Source: Candidatus Berkelbacteria bacterium CG10_big_fil_rev_8_21_14_0_10_43_13
Lineage (GTDB): Bacteria > Patescibacteriota > UBA1384 > XYA2-FULL-43-10 > 1-14-0-10-43-13
Length of the DNA: 64,000 nt
NCBI GenBank assembly: GCA_002773985.1
Contig: PEZW01000018.1
Location: 34,240 to 98,239, forward strand
Direction: 5' to 3'
In this document: positions 18,501-28,322 of the stretch, piece after piece
Numbering within the stretch: the first letter of the stretch is position 1
How the letters are laid out: every line of letters starts with the position of its first letter
The notes under the pieces: generated by a model
The model's input: the letters and a program-made list of their open reading frames with translations, nothing else
Told to the model about the DNA's origin: nothing
The model's database searches: none
Position numbers and translations under genes: made by a program

Positions 18501-20497
18501 GAAATCGAGACCGTTGGTGCGGTATTTAAAACATATTGTAGACTTAGATCACTCAGAGTCGGAGTGACACTTGTGTCTGTCGTCGAAAGAAATACTTTGT
18601 ATTTTAGCCATTCATCGTTTGTCCCGTCCGTCTGTGCAGAATTGATCGTTTCACCGCCAGCTGAGTTTGTATAAAAGTCGCCTGTACTAGTCGGTCCGAC
18701 AAAATCACTCCAGACACCTGGTGACCCAGTATCATCAACTGCAGTGCTGATCTGAAACTTAACATCAGTTCCAGCGGGCAAGCTTTCAGTCCAGCTGAGC
18801 TGGTTGAGGACGTCACCAGGATCAGATGAATCGTACGACGAAGAAATTAAAGTGCCGGAGGCCGCATACTGACTATAATTAATAGTAATGTCTGAAAGCA
18901 CAGATGTAGCAGATGGATTTGTTGTAGATAAAAATGCCTTGTATTGAAAATATTGGTTGCCGTTTAGACTAGAATCGATTACTGTACCGCTCGAAGTAAA
19001 ATATGTACCTGAGGTACCATCAGGACCAATAAAGCTCCAGGTTGCGTTATCATTATTGCCGGCAATTTGGAATTTAATCTCAGTATTACTGGGAGCTGTG
19101 GTATTAAAATCCAGATTACCAACAATCACTTTCCCGCTCAAATCGATGCTCTGAGAAATAAAATTACCGGAACTTTCATAGCCCTCAACTTTGTATGCGT
19201 ATAAAACAGGACTATCGGGAACACCAGTCATCCAATAGATATTTCCATTTGTATACACAAAATTACCAGACCAGGCTCGAGTCAACGCTGTCAAATCGGT
19301 TTTAGCTGACCAAGAGTCTCCAGCTACATCATATTGCCAGAAAGTACTTGTTCCATTACCTTTGTTAAAATATAAATAATCACCAGCGTTGACTAAAAAG
19401 GAACCGAGTCTATCGTTTGTCTCTGGAATCACTGCGAGATTTGTAGTCCAAGTCTCAAGAGTCAGATCGTAATATCCGAAGGTTGTATTATCCGAGCTAA
19501 CCTTGGTCGCATAAAGCTTGCCGTTATAGGGTGCAATATTGAAACCTACCCCTGCAGCATTTGAAGGTAGTGATACGCTGACCCAACTATCGGTCGCAAT
19601 TGTATAAACATAAAGAGAAGTTGCTGTACCTTCATATAAATAAATTTTTCCTTGGTAATAAATGCTTTGTAAATTCTGCGCGTAATTAGAGTTGTTACAA
19701 CTCGAACAAGCGGTTAAATCACCCCAAGAATCAGAGCTAATGTCATATTTATAAAAAGTATTGTTGACCAGATTGTACCAATAAATATCTGTACCATCAG
19801 AAGAAAGAGTCCCTTCGTTGGTTGCTGCCGGGGTAGTAGTTTGTGTTGACCATGTCCCCGCATCACTATCATAAGCATAGATATTGCTTGTATTATTATT
19901 TTGGTGTGTATAGATGACATTACCAATATTGGTCAATGTTCCTACACCAGCAGTATCTGCCGGGCCATTTGTCGTTGTCATAGCAGACCATGCGTTTGCC
20001 CCACTAAGGGCGGCTAGTTGGACAACGGCACTATCGCCACTGCCTGAGCTAGCAGTGCCACTATCAGTACCGGCACCAAAATCTGTATCATTTGTTTCCG
20101 TCGCAGAGCCAGCACTACTGGTCAAGGTTAGTTCTGTACCGGCAGTGACATCAGTGGCCGAATAATATTTTGTCCAGCCACTTTGGTTCGAAGTGTGATT
20201 CGCAGTTGAAACAGTATCGGCACCACCAGACCAGTTAGTTTGTAAAAAAATATATGATGTCGCCCTTGCAAAACCAGCTGGAAATAATAATGAGAATGTG
20301 CCTACGATTATAGCTATAAAAGCAGCAGTCAATCCCGTAAGATGAACTTTTTTGTGGTAGGGATGACGATGCCATTTATGATACATTTTGCTTTTACGCA
20401 GTAAAAAATTATGAAGTTTTTGAAAACACAAAAACCGCGCCCGTGAAGGCTCTTTCGTATAATCAAAACCTCTCCTGAGTCGACTGACTCCCCTCAT
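15485..20497 (-). CDS. Giant cell-surface protein (1670 aa; the probable start is an internal Met at 20386). It has an N-terminal membrane anchor, beta-propeller-like repeats and multiple fibronectin-III-like domains.
   Basis: Hydrophobic anchor (LTGLTAAFIAIIVGTFSLLF), Thr/Ser-rich sequence, and repeated YYF(R/N)V.S.DASSN and YHYLVSASDESGN Fn3-like strands. It is co-directional with, and overlaps, the ABC ATPase gene. Confidence 0.7.
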   Translation of the reverse strand: MRGVSRLRRGFDYTKEPSRARFLCFQKLHNFLLRKSKMYHKWHRHPYHKKVHLTGLTAAFIAIIVGTFSLLFPAGFARATSYIFLQTNWSGGADTVSTANHTSNQSGWTKYYSATDVTAGTELTLTSSAGSATETNDTDFGAGTDSGTASSGSGDSAVVQLAALSGANAWSAMTTTNGPADTAGVGTLTNIGNVIYTHQNNNTSNIYAYDSDAGTWSTQTTTPAATNEGTLSSDGTDIYWYNLVNNTFYKYDISSDSWGDLTACSSCNNSNYAQNLQSIYYQGKIYLYEGTATSLYVYTIATDSWVSVSLPSNAAGVGFNIAPYNGKLYATKVSSDNTTFGYYDLTLETWTTNLAVIPETNDRLGSFLVNAGDYLYFNKGNGTSTFWQYDVAGDSWSAKTDLTALTRAWSGNFVYTNGNIYWMTGVPDSPVLYAYKVEGYESSGNFISQSIDLSGKVIVGNLDFNTTAPSNTEIKFQIAGNNDNATWSFIGPDGTSGTYFTSSGTVIDSSLNGNQYFQYKAFLSTTNPSATSVLSDITINYSQYAASGTLISSSYDSSDPGDVLNQLSWTESLPAGTDVKFQISTAVDDTGSPGVWSDFVGPTSTGDFYTNSAGGETINSAQTDGTNDEWLKYKVFLSTTDTSVTPTLSDLSLQYVLNTAPTVSISNSPTESSAGVYTINYNLSDPEESTASIYLTAGFGAILGGDITSSGTSATLTADDASAYTFLPTGGGTILVGSEMITYTSRSGTALSGLSRAQLSTTAASHSTSDAIYLRVSAGVSGDVGTVATGTGKSISWTLSSDISGIESSSATIKLVANDGNSANQFSSDETSALTMDSKAPTSTSVILNSRTDTLTLAATDGNSVSMKISNSADLSADVNNTDSGNWISYASSKSWSASAAVDRTESIYVSYKDQYGNTAATVSTTTAQNPTNVLIQDTSNSSTSDWRLFISWDVVTTPTEGFNYYQLYRSTDNNNFSTLAQVSNRLTNYYVDTSLDNATTYYYKLTVVDNHVNESNYSTPSSAAAAAAQSGTGLMPNGSGGGDYTGPAISSVAAGTPTTNSVVITWTTDELSNSTVGYSTDTNYATETGVPTMATSHSVTLANLTSNTTYYFRVISYDASNNKTTNTDAETQTFSTAADTTGPTISNINTVVGLTTAGVTWSTTESSNSVVNYGATGSLGSAETSATSVTGHAVTLSGLTSNTTYYFNVSSTDASSNTTTSDTSTFTTASAGTDTADVTAPTISSVTVSDITSSGATITFVSNEDSLGRVLYGVTTDYTYGANEGNNTYTKTKTVVIRGLTADTTYHYLVSASDESGNLNSNTDATFTTLTVRSSDTTFESAQSVINSVADPTLTVSGLGPKISSSGPTVIALSEKSFTVSWTTDTRSTGAVLYRLIGSNDDFATAGDTNYSRAHTVTVENLEPNQNYEYKIQSADVAGNMTSSSLYDVTMLTGTISSVSVNNIETTKVSISWNTASLSTGIVEYNSDLSTKPLSVADNNLGRTHTVALSNLSDDSRYSFNIVMRTEKGDTVRSGSYNFSTSADGNTPVISKVENRSALVSGSQDKVQTVITWQTNKPADSQVVYAENSLSSKTVISTPLSSDLVKNHTVVLVDLKPSTVYQYYLLSNDKAGNVAKSDKYMLLTPTRNASIFDLILGGLKQAFSWTKNL

Positions 20498-20622
20498 TGA
20501 GTTCTGCCCGATTTAGCTATCTCTTTTCACTAACTAAATTATACTCTTTCCAGTCATTGCTTTCAATTAAATTTCTACGTCAAAAATACAGTCCTGCTGT
20601 TTATAAATCACAGAGTTCAAAC

Positions 20623-21450
20623 CTATTTCAATTTTTTGTTTTTTTCGACGGCAATCGCGCCATCCGGACAAAAACGAAAACAGTTGCCACAAGCAATGCA
20701 TTTTTCGAGATCAATTTCAGGCACCGGCGTGGCAAAAACACCGAGAGTGTCAGAAAATTTAAGAGCACCGACCGGGCATTTGACGATGCAAATACCACAA
20801 CCTTTGCATCGTTCCGGCAAGATCTGCGCGGTTTTTTCGGCATTTTTTATGATAATTTTACCAGTCGCAGGCTGAAAAGTCGGTCTGGAAAAATCCTTCA
20901 GTTCAAAAATATATTTTCGACCAGAAAGGTATGCCTGGCGACTTTTTTCTTTTATCTCTGGCGTTTTGAATTTTTTGCCGAGCAACTTCTCAATTTTTTG
21001 CCACACTTGATCCTCATCAAGATTAAGGACCCGACTTAGTTTTCCGGCAACAATCAGATTGAAGGCTTTTGGCGTAAATTTTTCTGTTGCAATCTGTGTC
21101 GCCGGAATACCAAAACTGTGAATCGCTTCATCAGGCAAGTCTCTAACTGAGACGGTAGAGGAATCGAAAACAACCTTTGTTTTTTTATTTATATATGCCA
21201 AAACACTCGCAACAGCCCGTTTCTGTAAAATAATGGCGTAATCAGCTGAATCAAAGCGAGGATAATAAATTTTTTCGTGCGACAAAATAATAAATGCGAC
21301 CGAGGGCGTACCGCGTTGTTCGACTCCAAAAACAGGAATGTATGATACATCTAACCCCTGTTCGGCTGCAACTTCCGTAATAACCTTGGCAATTGTCTGA
21401 ATCCCTTGTCCACCTTCACCGGCGAGAATAATTTTAGTCGTATCAATCAT
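20623..21450 (-). CDS. 2-oxoacid:ferredoxin oxidoreductase gamma subunit fused to a delta (2x[4Fe-4S] ferredoxin) domain
   Basis: N-terminal POR gamma-like domain (GEGGQGIQT...) and a C-terminal CKGCGICIVKCP...CIACGNCFRFCP double cluster. Confidence 0.8.
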   Translation of the reverse strand: MIDTTKIILAGEGGQGIQTIAKVITEVAAEQGLDVSYIPVFGVEQRGTPSVAFIILSHEKIYYPRFDSADYAIILQKRAVASVLAYINKKTKVVFDSSTVSVRDLPDEAIHSFGIPATQIATEKFTPKAFNLIVAGKLSRVLNLDEDQVWQKIEKLLGKKFKTPEIKEKSRQAYLSGRKYIFELKDFSRPTFQPATGKIIIKNAEKTAQILPERCKGCGICIVKCPVGALKFSDTLGVFATPVPEIDLEKCIACGNCFRFCPDGAIAVEKNKKLK

Positions 21451-22163
21451 TTTACCTCCCCGATTGGGTATGTTTTTTCCATCTCAAACGCCATATCCAG
21501 ACTGGCTTTGGCGCCCGTCTTCCAGTTGGTCGGACAGATCGATAATACCTCGACCAAGGCAAAATTATTATTTTCTTTTTGAGCCAAAATTGCTTTCTTT
21601 AGAGTTGATAATAAATGGATTGGATTTGTGACCGTCGTTCGGGCGATATATGCATCTTTGTGGGCCACATTGCGAATCAATTCAGGTCCCTTGAAACCAG
21701 CCCCCAACTCGGGTGATTTACCGACAGGCGAAGTCGGAGTGATCGTCCCGGGCAAAGTCGTGTAGGAGGATTGACCTCCCGTCATGGCAAAATTTTCATT
21801 GTTTATCACTATCACAGTGACAGGATTATTTCGATAGGCGGCGTGGATAATATTTTGCAAACCGATACCCCATGCGGCACCATCTCCCATATATGAGATG
21901 ACAATTCGCTTTGGCTTGACTAGTTTGTAGCCGACAAGGAGAGGCGTTGTCCGGCCGTGATGAGTCTGAATCGTCGGAACATCAAGAAAATTCCAAGCCA
22001 GGAGCGAGCAACCGATATCGACACCCATGGTGATCTCTTTTTGTATTCCGAGCCCATCAATGGCAAAACCAAGTTGTTTGAAAGTAATGCCGTGACCACA
22101 ACCCGGGCAAAAAAGATGCGGTTTCAGCTTGACGTTCCAACTTTTGGGTATTGTGCTAAGCAT
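21447..22163 (-). CDS. 2-oxoacid:ferredoxin oxidoreductase beta subunit (TPP-binding)
   Basis: TPP-binding GDG..WGIG motif (MGDGAAWGIGLQ) and the Cys ligands of the proximal cluster (CPGCGHG). Confidence 0.85.
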   Translation of the reverse strand: MLSTIPKSWNVKLKPHLFCPGCGHGITFKQLGFAIDGLGIQKEITMGVDIGCSLLAWNFLDVPTIQTHHGRTTPLLVGYKLVKPKRIVISYMGDGAAWGIGLQNIIHAAYRNNPVTVIVINNENFAMTGGQSSYTTLPGTITPTSPVGKSPELGAGFKGPELIRNVAHKDAYIARTTVTNPIHLLSTLKKAILAQKENNNFALVEVLSICPTNWKTGAKASLDMAFEMEKTYPIGEVK

Positions 22164-23202
22164 TGTGTTTTTTGATCTCCTTTAATATTTCTTCCGGAGT
22201 GAAACCCTCTGCCGGTTTGCTGATCTGACTAATCTTGGCCTTGATGTTATGACCGGCCAATTCCGCCTTGGCAATAGTCCCAAGTTGGCCATATGCTGAT
22301 TCTACGATAAATATGTGTTTGGCACCTCTAGCCACAGTTCGGAGTGCCTCACCGTCAAACGGATTCAGAGTAATCGGACGGAATAATCCAATCCTAATTC
22401 GCTCATGGCGCATTTTCAAAACAGTTTCTTTGGTCGCACTGGCAACAAGTCCGTGAGCGATTACCAGATAGCGAGCATCATTTGTGTGAAATGACTCTGA
22501 TTCAACAATTTTGTTTTTATTTTTCTCCCAGTCTGTGATGTGATTGTTGAGTAAAGTATTGAGCTCCTCCTCTGAACTGAAGCAGTTGCGAAGCCAGGTC
22601 GGCGCGCCTGATTCTGACAAAATTGGTTTGGACTCAACCGGTTTTAGAAGTTTTTTTAGCTCGACTGTCGCCTTCATCTTACCGAGATAACCGTCGCCGA
22701 GTACAAATGTGGGAAAGCGATATTTCCAAGCCGCCGAGAAGGCCTTGATCACCAAACTATACATTTCCTCAACATTCGAAGCCGAATAGACAATTCGAAA
22801 TGAATCACCGTTGCCACCATGGATCGCTAGATTGACTTCTTGTTGAGAAAAATTGACTGTCCCTGTTGATGGACCGCCTCTCTGCATCATAATACCGACG
22901 AAGGGGAGACGCATATTTTCCGCCATCGCGACAGGGTCTTGGAGCAAAACATGACCGATACCGGCAGAGGCCGTAAAGGCTTTTGCCCCTCCTAGTACCG
23001 CACCGAGGACACCAAATCCCGCCGCAATCTCATCCTCAGTTTGTAAATATTGCAAACTTTTATCAGTGACAGTTTGAGCAATCCAGCCTTCAAGAATTTC
23101 AGTTGCCGGAGTGATCGGATAGCCAAACATAATCTTGGCCCCCGCATCGACAGCACCACGCACCGCCGCCTCATTTCCAGTTATAAATATTTTTTCTGCC
23201 AT
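22156..23202 (-). CDS. 2-oxoacid:ferredoxin oxidoreductase alpha subunit
   Basis: POR/KOR alpha N-terminal domain (ITGNEAAVRGAVDAGAKIMFGYPITPATEI). Confidence 0.85.
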   Translation of the reverse strand: MAEKIFITGNEAAVRGAVDAGAKIMFGYPITPATEILEGWIAQTVTDKSLQYLQTEDEIAAGFGVLGAVLGGAKAFTASAGIGHVLLQDPVAMAENMRLPFVGIMMQRGGPSTGTVNFSQQEVNLAIHGGNGDSFRIVYSASNVEEMYSLVIKAFSAAWKYRFPTFVLGDGYLGKMKATVELKKLLKPVESKPILSESGAPTWLRNCFSSEEELNTLLNNHITDWEKNKNKIVESESFHTNDARYLVIAHGLVASATKETVLKMRHERIRIGLFRPITLNPFDGEALRTVARGAKHIFIVESAYGQLGTIAKAELAGHNIKAKISQISKPAEGFTPEEILKEIKKHNA

Positions 23203-23237
23203 ATCTAATGTCCTGTTGAAAAATAAAATTGAAAATC

Positions 23238-25241
23238 TTAACTAGTTATAATCCGAACATCCACCATCTCATAGCTGTCGTCAGTCACTATGATCGGATT
23301 GAAATCAACTTCCTTAATGTTTGAATAATTGTCGGCAAATGTCACCGCCTGACAAACAAGTTTCGACAACTTTTCTAAATTATACACCTTCTGTCCACGA
23401 GCACCAGCCAAGATTTTACCTATTTTTGTCGAAAGAATCAGATCAGTCGCCATTTTTTCAGTCAGGGGAGCTATAGCATAGCCGAAATCACCATAAATCT
23501 CAGAATAGATCCCGCCAGTACCAAAGAGGACTGTTGTTCCAACATTGCCATCTTTCTTAATTCCAAGAAGTAGCTCAAATTTACCCTTAATCATCTTGCC
23601 TGCCACCACCGGATAGCCAATTTTTTCTGCGGCCTTGATCAGGTCAGCCTCGCTTTGAATGTTTGTTGCCACTCCGCCTTCGTCCGTCTTGTGAGCAGTT
23701 TTATCAGCAACTTTGACCACGACCGGATAACCAATTTTGAGAGCCGCTTCCACTAATTCAGTTTTGTTCTGAGCCTTGTAGTAAGAAACTACAGGTAGAT
23801 CAAACTTTTTCAAGATAGGTTTCTCATCACCTGAATTGAAAACGTCGATCGCCGCAGTGGTAATTTTGACAGACTCTGACTCCGTCGAAAAATCGACCAG
23901 TGCGCGAATTGCGGTGACAGCTTCTTCTGGATACGAAAAACATGGTTTTGCTGCCTTTTCAATCAATTCCTTGGCAGTAGTAAGAATCTCACCACCGACA
24001 AAAGAAGCTAGTAAGGGCTTTTTACCATTAAAATTAACAACTACCTCAGCAGTGGCGACAATATCAGTCGAAGTCTGTGGTGTCAGAAGTAAGATAATTG
24101 CATCAACATTTTTGTCGGCAGAAATTATGTCTAGGGCCTTTTTGTAATCAATCGCTGTGGCATCGCCGAGCAAATCAACAGGATTTTTGAAACTAGCTTC
24201 AGATCGCATATTAGCTGACAACTTTCTGTTGGTCTCGTCACTAAATTCAGCCAACTCGAGGTGGGAGGCAGAGACGGCGTCAGAAGTTGCAATCGCCGGT
24301 CCGCCGGCATTAGTAATAATTGCTACTTTCTTTCCATTTACCTGTTTGCAACAACTAAATATTCGCGCTTTCAGCAATAAATCTTCTAAGTTGTCAGCCA
24401 AAATGACACCGGTCTGCTCGAGGTAGGTTTTGATCGCGACATAGGAAGTCACGACTGCACCTGTATGTGAGGCAGCCGCTTTGGCGCCCAGAGCACTTTT
24501 GCCACCAAAGAGAATGACCGTTGGCTTCTTTTTGGTATTTTCGTTCAGCAATTCTGTCAGCTCCGGTGTCACTTTTAAGCTCTCAATATAGCCAATAATA
24601 ACTTTAGTTTCTGGATCATCATATAGATATTTGAGAAGATCAACCTCACCAACCAAAGCCTTATTACCCAGTGAAAATATTTTAGAAAAACCGACCTGAG
24701 CTGAGTCAGACAAACTAATCATCGAGGAGATAATTGCTCCGGACTGAGACATGAAGGAAACAGCCCCTTTCTCAGGCATCCCCTTGGCAAAAGTAGCATT
24801 TAGCTTAATCTCAGTATTTATCAAGCCAAGACAGTTTGGCCCGATCAAAGTTACATCGTTTTGACGGCAGAATTTAACAACCTTGTCTTCAAGCTCCTTG
24901 CCCTCGCCGTTGATCTCAGAAAAACCGGCACTGATCACTACCACATTCCTGATATCAGCCGCGACACATTCGGCAAGAGCTGTCATCACAAAATCGCGGG
25001 GGATGACAATAATTGCTAGATTAACTGTCTTCTTTATCTCGGCGACAGACTTGAGAACTTTAAGACCAAGTATTTCGCCCCCCTTGGGATTGATGGGATA
25101 AACCTCACCAGTAAAACCAGCCGACTGGATATTTTGCAGTATCTGAAATCCGACCTTCTGGCTATGAGATGATGCTCCAATAATTGCAATCGATTTTGGC
25201 GAGATAGTTGATTTAATATTACTCATAAACATGATGCTCAA
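23238..25241 (-). CDS. Acetyl-CoA synthetase (ADP-forming), fused alpha and beta domains
   Basis: CoA-binding Rossmann domain (SIAIIGASSHSQKVGFQILQN), ligase-CoA domains and a C-terminal ATP-grasp domain. Length 667 aa. Confidence 0.85.
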   Translation of the reverse strand: MSIMFMSNIKSTISPKSIAIIGASSHSQKVGFQILQNIQSAGFTGEVYPINPKGGEILGLKVLKSVAEIKKTVNLAIIVIPRDFVMTALAECVAADIRNVVVISAGFSEINGEGKELEDKVVKFCRQNDVTLIGPNCLGLINTEIKLNATFAKGMPEKGAVSFMSQSGAIISSMISLSDSAQVGFSKIFSLGNKALVGEVDLLKYLYDDPETKVIIGYIESLKVTPELTELLNENTKKKPTVILFGGKSALGAKAAASHTGAVVTSYVAIKTYLEQTGVILADNLEDLLLKARIFSCCKQVNGKKVAIITNAGGPAIATSDAVSASHLELAEFSDETNRKLSANMRSEASFKNPVDLLGDATAIDYKKALDIISADKNVDAIILLLTPQTSTDIVATAEVVVNFNGKKPLLASFVGGEILTTAKELIEKAAKPCFSYPEEAVTAIRALVDFSTESESVKITTAAIDVFNSGDEKPILKKFDLPVVSYYKAQNKTELVEAALKIGYPVVVKVADKTAHKTDEGGVATNIQSEADLIKAAEKIGYPVVAGKMIKGKFELLLGIKKDGNVGTTVLFGTGGIYSEIYGDFGYAIAPLTEKMATDLILSTKIGKILAGARGQKVYNLEKLSKLVCQAVTFADNYSNIKEVDFNPIIVTDDSYEMVDVRIITS

Positions 25242-25258
25242 TTAATTTTTTAACGCTC

Positions 25259-26713
25259 TTAGTCTCCCGAAAGTAAAATTTTAAGCGCATCAAATACATT
25301 TGTCAAATCTGCCTTCGAATGGACGATTTCTTGCAGAAGTGTCTCACCTGATTTATGTTTTGTTTCAGCCGAGATAATAATAAATGGAAGATGAGACTGT
25401 CTCTGCTTCTCGTTCACCTGCTCAATCTTAGTATCTGCACCACCTTCCGCCCCACCGAAAGCCGAGCAAAAGACCACATAGCCAGAAGCGGCCAAGGCAT
25501 CCTTGACGATGCGACCAAGTGATTTATCCAGTAGTTTGACTTCGGTGACACACTCAGCAAACAAGCCCGCCTGACTAAATCGGTAAAGCGAGGGGAAATT
25601 AACGGTGATAAAGTCACACTGCTTCTGAGCAATCACCTGCAACGCCAGGTCAGTAATTTCCTCAGTAGTGCTGGTTTGCTTTTTTAGATGCGATTCCGAT
25701 CTAACTAGAGGGACTTTAATTTTTACGTGCCCAAGACCATCAAGATAATAGGTGTCTAGATTGTGCAAATTGTCCTGATCTGTCACTAGAGCCTGGTGAA
25801 GTCCTTGTTCATATAAAATGTTGGAAAGATATGACTGCAGATCCTTTTGAAAAAAATAATTAACTTTGGTGCGTAAATCGAATGGAAATTCTGAAATTGC
25901 CCAAAAATCCAAAAATGAAACGGCGCGCGAGGTTTTCTCGTTTGCAGACATAATGATTTCACGCAAAACATCAGTAAGTTGTGGAGAGGGTACAGACAAA
26001 AGAAACGGTAAATCAAAGCTGCTTATTTTGGGATTATGACGCAATTTGATAATAGTCGGGCTCATTTCAGCTGGTGTTTCTGACTTTTGCAATGCCAGCG
26101 CTTGCTTTGCAGACAACGCTGTCTGAGCTTTGCCAGACAAAAGCATTTTTACAATCAAAGCAGTGTTGTGTTTTTTCTTGTTTCCGCAGCCACTCAGACT
26201 AGCGATTTGACCATATTCAATTATTTTTAGACAATCTTCAATGGCAGATAAGCAGACAGCCGCATCTGCTTTTGTCGACACAGAGGAATCAAAGAACAGG
26301 TGAACGAAAAGACCAATAATAGAATTTCTTTTGGCGAACCTAGCTATTTCAGATAAGTTTTCAACTATTTCATCTAGATTATAGTTTGAAACCTGGGCGA
26401 GTATCTGGATTGAAGCGTTGTTTCGCTTTGCCGCATCTAAACTCGAGAGAAACCGCTGATTGTGTGACAGCGATTCCTGTGTCAAACGCACCCTGCTTTT
26501 GTTTGGTTGGCCGGTCGCTATCTCGGTATATCCAGTGTAGCAATCATCGTAAACACCTCTTTTTGATTGCAAAACAAGATGGCGATAGTCCTGCCAATAT
26601 TCTGAAAAAATAGCTGTTTGAGCTGCTGTAATTGCATTTCCCTGCCAGCTTGTGCTCAAGCCAAAACCGTCAGCAATTATTAATACAATAGGTTTTTTTT
26701 CTTTTTGTGTCAT
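25259..26713 (-). CDS. Degenerate paralog of cofactor-independent phosphoglycerate mutase, with catalytic residues lost
   Basis: N-terminal ILIIADGFG resembles iPGM LIILDGWG, but the GNSE(V)GH phosphoserine motif, the ADHGNAE block and the HT..PVP block are all absent. Start set at the internal Met (MTQKEKKP), which gives TAATATG stop-start spacing with gpmI. Confidence 0.55.
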   Translation of the reverse strand: MTQKEKKPIVLIIADGFGLSTSWQGNAITAAQTAIFSEYWQDYRHLVLQSKRGVYDDCYTGYTEIATGQPNKSRVRLTQESLSHNQRFLSSLDAAKRNNASIQILAQVSNYNLDEIVENLSEIARFAKRNSIIGLFVHLFFDSSVSTKADAAVCLSAIEDCLKIIEYGQIASLSGCGNKKKHNTALIVKMLLSGKAQTALSAKQALALQKSETPAEMSPTIIKLRHNPKISSFDLPFLLSVPSPQLTDVLREIIMSANEKTSRAVSFLDFWAISEFPFDLRTKVNYFFQKDLQSYLSNILYEQGLHQALVTDQDNLHNLDTYYLDGLGHVKIKVPLVRSESHLKKQTSTTEEITDLALQVIAQKQCDFITVNFPSLYRFSQAGLFAECVTEVKLLDKSLGRIVKDALAASGYVVFCSAFGGAEGGADTKIEQVNEKQRQSHLPFIIISAETKHKSGETLLQEIVHSKADLTNVFDALKILLSGD

Positions 26714-26714
26714 A

Positions 26715-28322
26715 TTAGTGCAGAACCAATGATTCAGCTTTTGTTTCACTTTTAAAGGGTATCTTCATCAGGTCCAATACTGTCGGGACAATGTTTGACA
26801 GGGAACCTCCACTTTTGAGCTTTGTTTTTGCGATTTGTTGATCGGCACTGACAATGATAAAAGGGACGGGATTTGTTGTGTGCTCTGTATCAGGCTCACC
26901 AGTGCGAGGATTGACCATCTGCTCAGCATTTCCATGATCAGCAAAGACAAAAACTGTGCCATTTTTCTGGAGCACAGTATTTAATATTTCTCCTAGACAC
27001 TTGTCAACAAATTCCACCGCTTTGACGGCGGCTTTCATATTACCAGTGTGCCCGACCATATCAGCGTTGGCAAAATTTACGATAAAAGTATCGTAGATAT
27101 TTTTATTGATTGCCTGTAGCAGTGTGTCTGTGACACCCTGTGCTGACATTTCCGGTTTCAAATCATATGTTGGCACATCGCGAGGGGAAGGAACCATTTT
27201 CCAATCTTCGCCAGGAAATGGCTTTTCACGGCCACCGTTCAGAAAATAAGTAACGTGGGCGTATTTTTCCGTTTCTGCTGTATGATATTGACGAAGATTA
27301 TTGAGCGATAATTGCTCAGCTAAAGGACTCATCACCTGTTGTGGTTCAAAGACATGATTTCCAAGCGTCGTGTCCCCATGCATGACAAAGGAAGCAAAAT
27401 AAAGATTTTTGAGCATCTTTCGGCCTGGCAACTTATCTCTCATGTCTGGTTCCAAAAAAGCATTTGTCAGCTCCCTTGCTCGATCAGCGCGATAATTGAA
27501 AAATACAACGCTGTCGTTGTCAGAGATAAGCTCGGCATGATTGTCTTTATTGATAATCACGCTTGGTTCGATAAATTCGTCGGTCATACCACGAGCATAT
27601 GATTTAGTGAAAATTTCACCGGCAGAACTAAATTTTGTGCCTTTACCTAGAGTCAATAAGTCATACGCCTCAGCGATTCGCTCCCAGCGATTATCGCGAT
27701 CCATCGCATAAAATCGGCCAATTATTGTCGAGATCTGGCCAACTCCGATCTCTCGCATCTGATTTTCAAGCTCCGCCAGTGTCTCAATACCAGTCATCGG
27801 CTCTGAATCACGACCATCAGTAAAAATATGCAAATAGACATTGCTAAAATTCATTTTTTTGCACAATCTCAAAATAGCATAAATATGGGAAATTTGACTG
27901 TGAGTACCAGTCTTTGAGAGAAGTCCCATCAAGTGCAGACGAGCATGGTTCTGCTGAGCTGAGTGGATAGCTCGATTCAAAACCTCATTTTTCTCGAAAC
28001 TGCCGTCTTCAATAAATTTATCAATAATTGATTGATCCTGATAAACCACGTGGCCAGCACCAATGTTTAGGTGTCCAGCCTCAGAATTTCCAGGGGATTC
28101 AGCCGGCAAACCAACCGCAGTTCCAGAAGCCTGGAGTGTTGTGTGCGGACACTTTTTTGTAATAGTGTTGTAGTTCTTTACCTCAGCAATACTGAGAGCA
28201 TTGCCACCCCAAACCGGAGCCACGCCCCAACCGTCTAATATAATCAAACCAAAAATATTCTTCTTTGTATTCGTGCCTAAAACCAAAATCCCTCCAAAAT
28301 CGTTTGCGATTTTGTCCTCCAT
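26715..28322 (-). CDS. gpmI: 2,3-bisphosphoglycerate-independent phosphoglycerate mutase
   Basis: LIILDGWG, GNSEAGHLNIGAGHVVYQD (catalytic Ser), ADHGNAEQM and HTTNPVPFIIV motifs. Length 535 aa. Confidence 0.9.
   Translation of the reverse strand: MEDKIANDFGGILVLGTNTKKNIFGLIILDGWGVAPVWGGNALSIAEVKNYNTITKKCPHTTLQASGTAVGLPAESPGNSEAGHLNIGAGHVVYQDQSIIDKFIEDGSFEKNEVLNRAIHSAQQNHARLHLMGLLSKTGTHSQISHIYAILRLCKKMNFSNVYLHIFTDGRDSEPMTGIETLAELENQMREIGVGQISTIIGRFYAMDRDNRWERIAEAYDLLTLGKGTKFSSAGEIFTKSYARGMTDEFIEPSVIINKDNHAELISDNDSVVFFNYRADRARELTNAFLEPDMRDKLPGRKMLKNLYFASFVMHGDTTLGNHVFEPQQVMSPLAEQLSLNNLRQYHTAETEKYAHVTYFLNGGREKPFPGEDWKMVPSPRDVPTYDLKPEMSAQGVTDTLLQAINKNIYDTFIVNFANADMVGHTGNMKAAVKAVEFVDKCLGEILNTVLQKNGTVFVFADHGNAEQMVNPRTGEPDTEHTTNPVPFIIVSADQQIAKTKLKSGGSLSNIVPTVLDLMKIPFKSETKAESLVLH

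Noticed and set aside
16269-20165. Antisense ORFs of 60-100 aa inside the giant surface-protein gene, and similarly inside leuS, clpC and others
   Set aside because: They are embedded in strong long sense ORFs and have no RBS or recognisable motifs.
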